In this document: piece after piece, positions 56,351 to 64,000 of the stretch | Layout of the letters: every line of letters starts with the position of its first letter | Position numbering within the stretch: position 1 is the first letter of the stretch | Source: Fimbriimonadales bacterium | GTDB lineage: Bacteria > Armatimonadota > Fimbriimonadia > Fimbriimonadales > ATM1 | DNA: 64,000 nucleotides | Direction: 5' to 3' | NCBI GenBank assembly: GCA_041744215.1 | Contig: JBGTLG010000015.1 | Location: forward strand, 128,001-192,000 | Notes under the pieces: model-generated | What the model saw: the letters and a program-made list of their open reading frames with translations, nothing else | Told to the model about the DNA's origin: nothing | Databases searched by the model: none | Position numbers and translations under genes: made by a program

Positions 56351-56429
56351 GTTAACGAAACCGCCGAAGCATTAACGGGTCGTCACCTCAATGTTAATGG
56401 CCTGTTACGCAATCGTTAACCGCGTTAAG
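56351..56429 (-). promoter_or_regulatory. Tandem 11-bp-phased boxes (OmpR/PhoB-type operator)
   Basis: Cores start at 56371, 56382, 56393, 56404, 56415 (ATTAAC, GTCAC, GTTAAT, GTTAC, GTTAAC); further copies at 56351 and 56424. Confidence 0.65.
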
Positions 56430-57345
56430 ACTTTGCCCTGGGATGAGCCCGATCGTACTTCCGACGAAGCGTTGCCCCGTCGAGTTGCGTGTAAATGTCG
56501 GTCGTCGCAACAGACTCATGTCCAAGGAGCTCCTGGACACTGCGAAGATCAGCACCGGCCTGTACAAGATGTACTGCGTAGGAGTGGCGCAATGTGTGTG
56601 GGCCGATCGCCTTAGTCATCCCGGCCCTTTTTGCGTAACCCTGGAGAATCCTGAACACGCCCGAGCGCGAAAGCGGACGCCCGCGCCGGTTCACAAAGAA
56701 CGACGAGCCACTTCCCGTATTCGTCATAGCAGACCGCGACTCCACCAAGTAGCGATCGAACCAGTCCTTCGTGCCAGCAGGTACAGGCACGAGCCGCGTC
56801 TTCTGCCTCTTACCAAGGATTCGCAAAACAGATTCCGTCGCGACGTAGTCCTCAGTTCGCAGACTGACCAACTCCGACACCCGCAATCCCGTTCCATAGA
56901 GCGCCTCCAGCATAACTCGGTCGCGCATTCCTGATGGCGACGAAACGTCTGGCGCCGAGAGAAGTGCCGTTAGCTCGTCGACGGTCAGGGCCTTAGGCAG
57001 TGGCCTCGCACGGTGGCTTCGGGTGGGTTCCAACATTCCGCTCGGCGGGCCCGATCCCCGCTTGATGAGGAATCTAAGCAAACTGCGTACCGAAGAGGCC
57101 TTACGAGAGATGCTCGACTGAGCCAAACTGAGCGACGCTAACACCCCCCTTACACGCGAGTCCACAGCTTCGTCGTACTGCGACCACGACTTCAGATTCC
57201 ACTTCCTCAGGAATGTGCCGATCTGCTTGAGGTCTGTGTGATACGCAAGAACCGTGTGGTGACTCGCACCTCGCTCCACGGCGAGATTATCGAGGAACCA
57301 CTCGACTTCTTCGGTCAGTTGGTCGGTCGTTTCCGAAAAATGCAT
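56425..57345 (-). CDS. xerD: Tyrosine recombinase XerD-like
   Basis: S.HTV.AY..DL, LY.TGLRVSEL, GK..K.R.VP, PHTLRHS.A.HL, LGH....TT.IYT. Confidence 0.85.
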   Translation of the reverse strand: MHFSETTDQLTEEVEWFLDNLAVERGASHHTVLAYHTDLKQIGTFLRKWNLKSWSQYDEAVDSRVRGVLASLSLAQSSISRKASSVRSLLRFLIKRGSGPPSGMLEPTRSHRARPLPKALTVDELTALLSAPDVSSPSGMRDRVMLEALYGTGLRVSELVSLRTEDYVATESVLRILGKRQKTRLVPVPAGTKDWFDRYLVESRSAMTNTGSGSSFFVNRRGRPLSRSGVFRILQGYAKRAGMTKAIGPHTLRHSYAVHLVQAGADLRSVQELLGHESVATTDIYTQLDGATLRRKYDRAHPRAKS

Positions 57346-59042
57346 ACGGTTGGCTGTATGTACATCATGTCGTGAAGCAGCGGATAGCCCCTCAGAATGA
57401 TGTTGCGAACAATGGCCCGGTCCACTTGACTCGGACGCGTTTCGTTATCTGCCTCGTACACGCTGCCGCCCCAAACGACGGCGGCGAGGTCGTAGGTTTC
57501 TGTCAATCGATCGATGCACTCGACAAAATCGGGCTGGTTTATCCGGTCATGATCATAGAACTCGAAGCTGCTGAAGGTTATCCACTCAGGTTGGGCTACA
57601 GTTACGATCCGCGGATCCCACTCCTTTCTGGGACCTTCGCTCGGTATGTACCTAATCAGACTGTGATTCTCCTCGTGCATCGCTCGAAGACGATTGTCGG
57701 CGCCGAGCAATCCTGTATTCGCGAAAAGAGGTGGCGACCAGAACCAAGGGTCCATCACAAATCCGATTGTCTGCTCCTGAGCGTTCGATTTGATCCATCT
57801 CGCAGCAATGTCTCTCGGATCTTCGGTCGCCATAAACGCGCTCAACCGAATTGCTCCGTTCTCTGTACGCATTGAAAATCCGACAGCCAAGATGGCTACC
57901 ATGTTAAGGATGCGCCAGTACTTACCTTTGGCATGGATTTGACCGACCAGGTATCCGAACCCTACCGCGAGGAACGGAAGAAGGGGGAAAACGTAGCGCA
58001 GAAACTTTACCTCTGCCCGGCCAATAACGATAAAGTAGGCGACGCAAAAGATAACAAATGGGATCGCCCACTTTTCTCGCTTGAAGACAGCGACTCCAAG
58101 CCCAATGACAGCCAGAACAAGCGCGACCATCCCGAAGGCAGCTACGAGGTTAACTAGATGATAGGCAAAACCAGATGGAGTGTTTGCGAATACAATTCCA
58201 TGACCTTCAGCAGTGTGCGCAATTTCATAGAGAAAGTCACGGCGGAACAGAGAGAACTGCGCAATGACGCCTGGCGTTGCAAGCAAGAAGCCTACGATCG
58301 CTCCGATTCCGATGGCACAACTGCCACGGACGAACTGCCCCCGATCCACGCTCCACAAGGCCCACAAACCGGACAAGATCAGCAGTGCGCCTGTGTACTT
58401 CGTGCCAGCTGCCATTCCGGCGACGAGCCCGAACAGGGCTGCGTTTTTGACCCTCTGCTCTTCGGGAACATGAAGGATCCGCCATATCATGAAAGCGGCG
58501 ATTGCAATCAACAAGACCGCCGTAATGTCGGAGGTTGCAAATCTCGAATGAACGACGTGACCCGGTGCTATGAGCAGTGCGAAGCATCCTGTAATGGCAC
58601 CAAGCAGATTAGTTAAACTCGCAAGCAAGAGAAAAACGACCGCGATCGTTGCCGCCCCGCAGGTTGCAGAGATCACGCGACCACTCATGGTTAATCCGCC
58701 CAGGTACTGCCACTCAGCTGTCGTTTCGCCGGTCGGAACCCATCCGTAGGCCTTCCCCATTTGCATGACAATCTTTGTCGCTGTGAAGTAGAGGGTCCCA
58801 TAATTGTAGAAGCCCACGTGCCAAGGAGCTGCCATCTCGTCAGCCACTAACATGTTGAGCGTCTCATCTGGATGCAGCGATTGATTCCGCATCTCGTTTG
58901 GCATCCCCCACCCGATACCTACGATTCGCAAGCCCAAAGCGATCAGAAAGATCGCGATAGCCAAAAGAGCCCGCGCGCGCCCCGACAGCGGGTTAAGAAA
59001 TGGTTTCAAGGGCGGAGACTCTATCGGGCTGTTCGCTGCCAC
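57315..59042 (-). CDS. ArnT/PMT-like (GT39/GT83) membrane glycosyltransferase
   Basis: HPDE motif, many TM helices, TKY, RY..P..PFL. Confidence 0.8.
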   Translation of the reverse strand: MAANSPIESPPLKPFLNPLSGRARALLAIAIFLIALGLRIVGIGWGMPNEMRNQSLHPDETLNMLVADEMAAPWHVGFYNYGTLYFTATKIVMQMGKAYGWVPTGETTAEWQYLGGLTMSGRVISATCGAATIAVVFLLLASLTNLLGAITGCFALLIAPGHVVHSRFATSDITAVLLIAIAAFMIWRILHVPEEQRVKNAALFGLVAGMAAGTKYTGALLILSGLWALWSVDRGQFVRGSCAIGIGAIVGFLLATPGVIAQFSLFRRDFLYEIAHTAEGHGIVFANTPSGFAYHLVNLVAAFGMVALVLAVIGLGVAVFKREKWAIPFVIFCVAYFIVIGRAEVKFLRYVFPLLPFLAVGFGYLVGQIHAKGKYWRILNMVAILAVGFSMRTENGAIRLSAFMATEDPRDIAARWIKSNAQEQTIGFVMDPWFWSPPLFANTGLLGADNRLRAMHEENHSLIRYIPSEGPRKEWDPRIVTVAQPEWITFSSFEFYDHDRINQPDFVECIDRLTETYDLAAVVWGGSVYEADNETRPSQVDRAIVRNIILRGYPLLHDMMYIQPTVCIFRKRPTN

Positions 59043-59538
59043 GAGCGGATCTTAGCACCGCGAGTAACGTCTCGACCACTTCCTTAGAGAACTCAGATTG
59101 CTGCCCTCTGCGAAGTACGTCTCGAGCAAGGAACGCGCCCTGAATTCGTGCCGCATCACAATACGCCTCGCAAGCTGCAAGAATACGTGATTCGAGAGGC
59201 GCAGGCACCTGCACTGGCACGTGGTGGAATCGCACTACATCGACCACGTCATCAAAGCCATTGATCTCTTTTAGGATCTCCGCACCGCGCTCAGGGTGTT
59301 TAGCGTAGGCGTCTCGCGCCCGTGAACTCAGCGGCGACAGCAAAGTGCGTGGAATCTCCAGCAAGCCAATGTCGCTGACCCGAGCTGCAGCAGCCAGACG
59401 CGACAATCGGTCCCGATCCATACCAAGCCTTGCGCCCGCTCGCATCGCGAGCGTGCAGACTGCATCAGAGCGACGCCGATCGGCTAAGTGAGCATCTATC
59501 ATAGCGGATATCAGAGCCAGTTTTGCTTCACGCGCCAA
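58993..59538 (-). CDS. Degenerate HD-GYP-like protein
   Basis: SDIG (HD lost), HPERGAEIL, FHH, PLESRILA; GYP loop absent. Confidence 0.7.
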   Translation of the reverse strand: MAREAKLALISAMIDAHLADRRRSDAVCTLAMRAGARLGMDRDRLSRLAAAARVSDIGLLEIPRTLLSPLSSRARDAYAKHPERGAEILKEINGFDDVVDVVRFHHVPVQVPAPLESRILAACEAYCDAARIQGAFLARDVLRRGQQSEFSKEVVETLLAVLRSARGSEQPDRVSALETIS

Positions 59539-60277
59539 GTATCGCCTCCTTCGACTCCATTACAGAGTTAAATGCTCTCACCACTTCACCGTCGAACTGC
59601 TTTCCGGCACAGCTGCACAACTCAGCCATCGCTTCTTTCCGAACTCTCCGAATACGATAGGGATGCGAATCTTCCTCTCCCGCTCCGCCCACCATCGCAT
59701 CGTAAGCATCGGCTACTGCGATGATCCTGCTCTCAAGTGGAATCTCATCACCACCGATCCCGTCCGGGTACCCGCGCCCATCGACACGCTCATGGTGGTG
59801 CCGAACCCAAGGCGCAAATTCTCGGGTAGTCGCACATTCAGACAGAATTTCGCCGCCCGCGACCGCATGACGCTTCACTTCCTCGAACTCCTCCGGACTT
59901 AGCGGCCCTTCCCTCATGAACAGGGAGCGCTCAATGGCCATCTTCCCGATGTCGTGAAGCATTGCCGCTGCATGAACTCTGCGTGTATGCTTAGACCCCA
60001 ACCCCAATTCACAGGCAATGGCTCCGGAGTAGGCAGCTGCGCGAAAAGAGTGAAGGTAGAGCGCACGATCCGTCGCTCGCATCAACTGTGTTGCCGCCTG
60101 TACTTCGTCAACACCTGCCCGACGATCCCGAAGCACAATGTAAGAAATCGGGCAGACACCTGCAGCCAGTAGGAGAGCCGCCAGCCCGGGAGGTCCCGCG
60201 ACAAAAGTAAGCGCGCCGCCAGCGGTCAATCCGCCCGCAGCAACCCATGCTCCCTGTTTCGCCATCCTGGCATCCAT
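59528..60277 (-). CDS. Membrane HD-GYP phosphohydrolase
   Basis: HS.R, LHDIGK, HHERVDG.GYP, IPLESRIIAVADAYDAM, G.QFD. Confidence 0.9.
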   Translation of the reverse strand: MDARMAKQGAWVAAGGLTAGGALTFVAGPPGLAALLLAAGVCPISYIVLRDRRAGVDEVQAATQLMRATDRALYLHSFRAAAYSGAIACELGLGSKHTRRVHAAAMLHDIGKMAIERSLFMREGPLSPEEFEEVKRHAVAGGEILSECATTREFAPWVRHHHERVDGRGYPDGIGGDEIPLESRIIAVADAYDAMVGGAGEEDSHPYRIRRVRKEAMAELCSCAGKQFDGEVVRAFNSVMESKEAILGA

Positions 60278-60366
60278 CGCAGTCCTTTGCGAAAAACGCG
60301 GCTTCTTACGTGATTCGGGTTCCGGATCACCCGTCTTTCAGACAAATCCGAAACCCAAAACGATTC

Positions 60367-61314
60367 TCACTTTTTGGAAAGTGAGGCCTGACCCTTCATT
60401 TTGATCTCTTCAACCGGACCGTTGACTCCCTTGATGCTGATTGCTGCGTGCCCTTCGCTCGTACCCCGAATCCTGAGTGGCCAAAGGGTTGCCTTGTCGA
60501 GATAATAATCAACGTCCATTTCAAGCTTCAACTTGATTGATGTGACTGGAAAGGCCGCGGGTTCATATCCATACAATTCGGCTACGTAGGCTGCGGCGTC
60601 TGAATCCTGAACGAGCTTGCCTTGGATCCACGTCACCGTCTTGCCCTCCCATTCGGTGTCGCCCTTGTATGTGTACTCATAGTCGAGCCGAGACACGAGA
60701 TTCTTTCCTTTGTCCGCGCCCGCCTTCACGGTGATCGGCGCATAAGCCTTCGTCTCTTTCCAAGTGTCACCGATCTCAATGGGTCTTGCGGGCAGTGTCG
60801 GACCGAAGTCGAAGAAATTGACGAAACCCGACAGCTGAAACAGTTGCTGCACGTAGTTGCCGACGATCTCGAGTTGGGCGAAGCCTGCCGCCCCGGCTGT
60901 TCGAATCCAAAGTCCATCTTTCTTGTCGGTCCTTGGCGGTGACTCGTCCTTGATGGCAAGGATCTGATTTGCCCGACTCAACGTGAAAAGGACGTTGTCT
61001 TTCATGTCGATCGTTTGCTTCTCGGCATCCCCCCACGGGGATTCGCTGACGTCCACAACAATCTGTGGTCGCTTGAATCTGAGGTCTGCAACGCCGTCAG
61101 GCTTTTGCCGCTCAACATCAAATGTGAATGAATAAGTTGTCAGATTGCGAACCGGAAAGAAGTTTTGAAACGGGTACTGTCGAAACTCCATGTCGAGTCT
61201 GCTAGAGAACGCATATGAGCTCTTAGAGTTGCCCTCATAAAGCCGCGCCAGCAAAACCTTGTCGCTCGACCCGGTGAGCCCCACCACTACAATTGTAAGA
61301 ATCGAAAGAGTCAC
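60367..61314 (-). CDS. Exported hypothetical protein
   Basis: Long ORF, hydrophobic N-terminus after GTG 61314, beta-rich. Confidence 0.6.
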   Translation of the reverse strand: MTLSILTIVVVGLTGSSDKVLLARLYEGNSKSSYAFSSRLDMEFRQYPFQNFFPVRNLTTYSFTFDVERQKPDGVADLRFKRPQIVVDVSESPWGDAEKQTIDMKDNVLFTLSRANQILAIKDESPPRTDKKDGLWIRTAGAAGFAQLEIVGNYVQQLFQLSGFVNFFDFGPTLPARPIEIGDTWKETKAYAPITVKAGADKGKNLVSRLDYEYTYKGDTEWEGKTVTWIQGKLVQDSDAAAYVAELYGYEPAAFPVTSIKLKLEMDVDYYLDKATLWPLRIRGTSEGHAAISIKGVNGPVEEIKMKGQASLSKK

Positions 61315-61337
61315 GGCATCTATTCCTCCTGGCCCGT

Positions 61338-61775
61338 TTGGGCCATGATCATTGTACTCCCGCATTGAGACGCGTTGCCCTTCTCTTGGTTACACTGCTC
61401 TGGTGGTCGATCGTTTTCGGCTCCAGCGGCGAGGGCGCGTCCGGCAGCTGGACCGCAAAGCTACTTGCCGACTGGCTTGGGCTCAGCGGTTCCGGACTGG
61501 AAACTGCCAATTTCCTCGTCCGAAAGGCCGGGCACGTCATCTACTATGGGGTCCTCACTGCACTCATCGCTTGCCTGGTCTATGGCTGGCTGCTCTCGTG
61601 CAGAATCCGCAGCATCGTGCTCGCGAGCATGCTCGCCATAACTACCGGAGTTTTCGACGAGGCTCGCCAATCACTCTTTGAATCAAGATCGGGCACGCCG
61701 ATTGATCTGATCTATGACTCGGTTGGAATAGCGGTTGCTGCCGCGGTGTTCTTGCGAGCGACTCGCGGGAAGTAG
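61338..61775 (+). CDS. VanZ family membrane protein; start uncertain
   Basis: VRKAGH...Y..L, DE..Q.....RSG...D...D..G. Confidence 0.8.
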   Translation: MGHDHCTPALRRVALLLVTLLWWSIVFGSSGEGASGSWTAKLLADWLGLSGSGLETANFLVRKAGHVIYYGVLTALIACLVYGWLLSCRIRSIVLASMLAITTGVFDEARQSLFESRSGTPIDLIYDSVGIAVAAAVFLRATRGK

Positions 61776-64000
61776 TCGTCAAGAGCCTTGCAATGGACAC
61801 GTGCCTTGTCCCTGCGCGCTTTCAGTGAGACGATGAACGCTTCCGCAGTGTCTATGGCCGTCAAGCATGGAATTCCCGATTCGACGCACACTCGCCTAAT
61901 CCGCATCGCTTCCGCTTCTGCGGAACGATCCGGGCTTGGCGTGTTGATTAACAACGAGACTTCGCCGGATCTCACCCTCGTAAGCACGTTGTCCTCGCCT
62001 TCACTGATTCGAGATACAGCTTGTGACTGAATCAGGTTCTTAGAAAGGTGCGCGTGGGTCCCGGCCGTGGCAAGGATTCGGAATCCATGCGCGACCAGTT
62101 CGCGAGCGATGCCGACAGATCGCTCCTTGTCGTCATTAGACACAGTTATCAACGCAGTCCCTGACTCCGGAAACCTCATACCAGCCCCCAACATAGCCTT
62201 CATCAGGGCACTCGGATAACTGTGATCTATCCCCAACACCTCACCGGTTGATTTCATCTCCGGACCGAGGGTTGGCTCTACAAGTGTCAGTTTCTGAAAG
62301 CTGAATACGGGCGCCTTAACAGCGAACAGTCCAGGGTCCGGTGGGCTCAACACCGAGTCATTGAGTCCGAATTCGCTCACCTCGCTGCGCTCGGGATCCC
62401 ACACTCCGCTACGATAACCTTGAGCATCAAGCGACATTCCAAGCGCGCATCGTGTGGCGATCTTGACCATTGGAAGACCAGTCACCTTGCTGAGATACGG
62501 CACCGTGCGACTGGCGCGAGGGTTGACTTCAAGTACATAGACCACTCCGTCCTCAACCACAAACTGGATGTTCATCAGACCCTTCACACCCAGTTCCCTC
62601 GCAATCAAGCATGCTGACCGCACCATCTGTCTCTGTTCTTCGACAGTTAGCGAAACTGCCGGGTAAACCGCCATGCTGTCGCCACTGTGGACACCTGCCC
62701 GCTCCACATGCTCCATGATTCCTGGGACGAGAGTATCGACACCATCGGAGATCACATCGACTTCCGCCTCTTTGCCAATAATGTACCGATCGACAAGTAC
62801 GGGCGCCCTCCCACTTGCGCGCGTGGCAGCGGACATATAACTTCGCAGGTCCGACTCGTTCCACACGATTTCCATTGCACGTCCGCCGAGAACAAAACTG
62901 GGTCGTACGAGCACTGGATAGCCAATGTCGCGCGCCACTGCGACGGCCTCATCGGCAGAAGTAACGCCGCGGCCAGGGGGTTTTGGGATCTCCAACTTAG
63001 TGAGTAGCTGCTCAAACAGATCACGGTCTTCCGCTGCGCGGATCGCCGCTGGCGATGTACCCATCACTGGCAAGCCGCTGGATTCAAGCGAATCCGCGAG
63101 ATTAATCGCGGTCTGGCCACCAAACTGGAGCATCACTCCGGTGACACCTTCATGTGTTGCCACGTGCAGGGCGTCCTCCTTCGTAACTGGATCGAAGTAA
63201 AGCGCATCAGCAGTATCGAAATCGGTGCTGACTGTTTCTGGATTGTTGTTAAGAATGACGGATCGATATCCAAGTTCGCGCAATTCCCACGCGCAGTGAA
63301 CGCACGAGTAATCAAACTCGATCCCCTGCCCTATGCGAATGGGACCGCTACCCAAGACAAGAATAGCGGGTTTCGAGGTGTCGCTTACAAAGTCATCTTC
63401 CGTGTCGGGGGACGAGTAGTAATAGGGTGTCTTGCTCTCAAACTCGCCCGCGCAAGTATCGACCATCTTGAATCCCATGGCCGGTGGAACGGTTGCCCCC
63501 TTAGCGAGTGCCTCGACACGCTCCAAAAACCAGGGATCAACGCGGCATAGCTCTCTCACGCGCTGGACTCCCCAATCCCTCCGCAATGCTTCGCATATCG
63601 CCCAAAGGCGGTCGTCCGTTGCGACACGAACTGCCTCCGCGAGGTCGTCGTCGTCCATCGCTGAAAACTTCGGATCATGCAGGGTGTCTGTATCGACTTC
63701 GAGTCCTCTCACCGCTTTCATCAATGCGCCCTCGAAGGTGCGGTCGATCGCCATCACTTCGCCCGTTGCTTTCATCTGCGTGCCGAGTCGTCTGTCGCCG
63801 CTGGTGAATTTATCGAACGGCCAACGAGGGATCTTCACGACGCAGTAATCGAGTGCAGGCTCAAAGCAGGCCTTCGTGGTCTTCGTCACCGCATTCTCAA
63901 TCTCATCAAGCGTCTTGCCAATAGCAATCTTCGCCGACACCCTTGCGATCGGATAGCCCGTCGCCTTCGAAGCAAGCGCTGAGGACCGAGACACGCGGGG
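61712..64000 (-). CDS. carB: Carbamoyl-phosphate synthase large subunit (5' part outside window)
   Basis: SRSSALASKATGYPIA, VDTCAGEF, GSGPIRIGQGIEFDY, GVHSGDS, EVNPRASRTVP, MGS domain. Confidence 0.97.
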   Translation of the reverse strand, partial: PRVSRSSALASKATGYPIARVSAKIAIGKTLDEIENAVTKTTKACFEPALDYCVVKIPRWPFDKFTSGDRRLGTQMKATGEVMAIDRTFEGALMKAVRGLEVDTDTLHDPKFSAMDDDDLAEAVRVATDDRLWAICEALRRDWGVQRVRELCRVDPWFLERVEALAKGATVPPAMGFKMVDTCAGEFESKTPYYYSSPDTEDDFVSDTSKPAILVLGSGPIRIGQGIEFDYSCVHCAWELRELGYRSVILNNNPETVSTDFDTADALYFDPVTKEDALHVATHEGVTGVMLQFGGQTAINLADSLESSGLPVMGTSPAAIRAAEDRDLFEQLLTKLEIPKPPGRGVTSADEAVAVARDIGYPVLVRPSFVLGGRAMEIVWNESDLRSYMSAATRASGRAPVLVDRYIIGKEAEVDVISDGVDTLVPGIMEHVERAGVHSGDSMAVYPAVSLTVEEQRQMVRSACLIARELGVKGLMNIQFVVEDGVVYVLEVNPRASRTVPYLSKVTGLPMVKIATRCALGMSLDAQGYRSGVWDPERSEVSEFGLNDSVLSPPDPGLFAVKAPVFSFQKLTLVEPTLGPEMKSTGEVLGIDHSYPSALMKAMLGAGMRFPESGTALITVSNDDKERSVGIARELVAHGFRILATAGTHAHLSKNLIQSQAVSRISEGEDNVLTRVRSGEVSLLINTPSPDRSAEAEAMRIRRVCVESGIPCLTAIDTAEAFIVSLKARRDKARVHCKALDDYFPRVARKNTAAATAIPTES

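Noticed and set aside
56425-57345. Tyrosine recombinase as the integrase of a mobile element
   Set aside because: XerD-like size and motifs, overlaps a housekeeping-type upstream gene, and no att repeats or phage/plasmid genes are visible.
61712-61775. 64-nt convergent overlap of vanZ and carB as antisense regulation
   Set aside because: Short 3' overlaps are common in compact genomes and there is no further evidence.
1-64000. CRISPR arrays, IS elements, rRNA, and the many long antisense or alternate-frame ORFs in the track (for example 18054-18878, 22010-22720, 45265-45972)
   Set aside because: No spaced direct repeats, transposase or rRNA sequence seen; the shadow ORFs overlap well-supported genes and are expected at this GC content.

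Overview
64 kb of mostly housekeeping chromosome (GC near 57-60% by eye) from a diderm bacterium of the Terrabacteria group. Armatimonadota (Fimbriimonadia-like) is inferred from the combination of a 20S proteasome, kdsB, PEP-CTERM and H-X9-DG pilin-like proteins, ylxR, yacL-ispDF and glyQ; no database search was run. Core genes: pilT (partial), infB-ylxR-nusA, rel, kdsB, hpf, ispDF, topA, prcBA, glyQ, asd, thrC, two tandem flagellins, rplJL, xerD, carB (partial). There is also a c-di-GMP set (hybrid kinase-Hpt-diguanylate cyclase, PilZ, HD-GYP pair), tRNA-Arg(GCG), a yybP-ykoY Mn riboswitch and an L10 leader. I found no prophage, IS, CRISPR or defence island. Best candidates for undescribed biology: (1) a stand-alone cytochrome b-cytochrome c fusion that has lost both heme bH His ligands; (2) a 1161-aa outer-membrane protein with about six internal repeats and a SprA-like motif, downstream of an orphan zinc-less anti-sigma; (3) an H-X9-DG pilin plus PEP-CTERM operon behind five 11-bp-phased Pho-box-like repeats. 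Also notable: apparently widespread leaderless transcription, and several catalytically degenerate enzyme homologues. Family calls come from motif recognition by eye, and start codons are best estimates.
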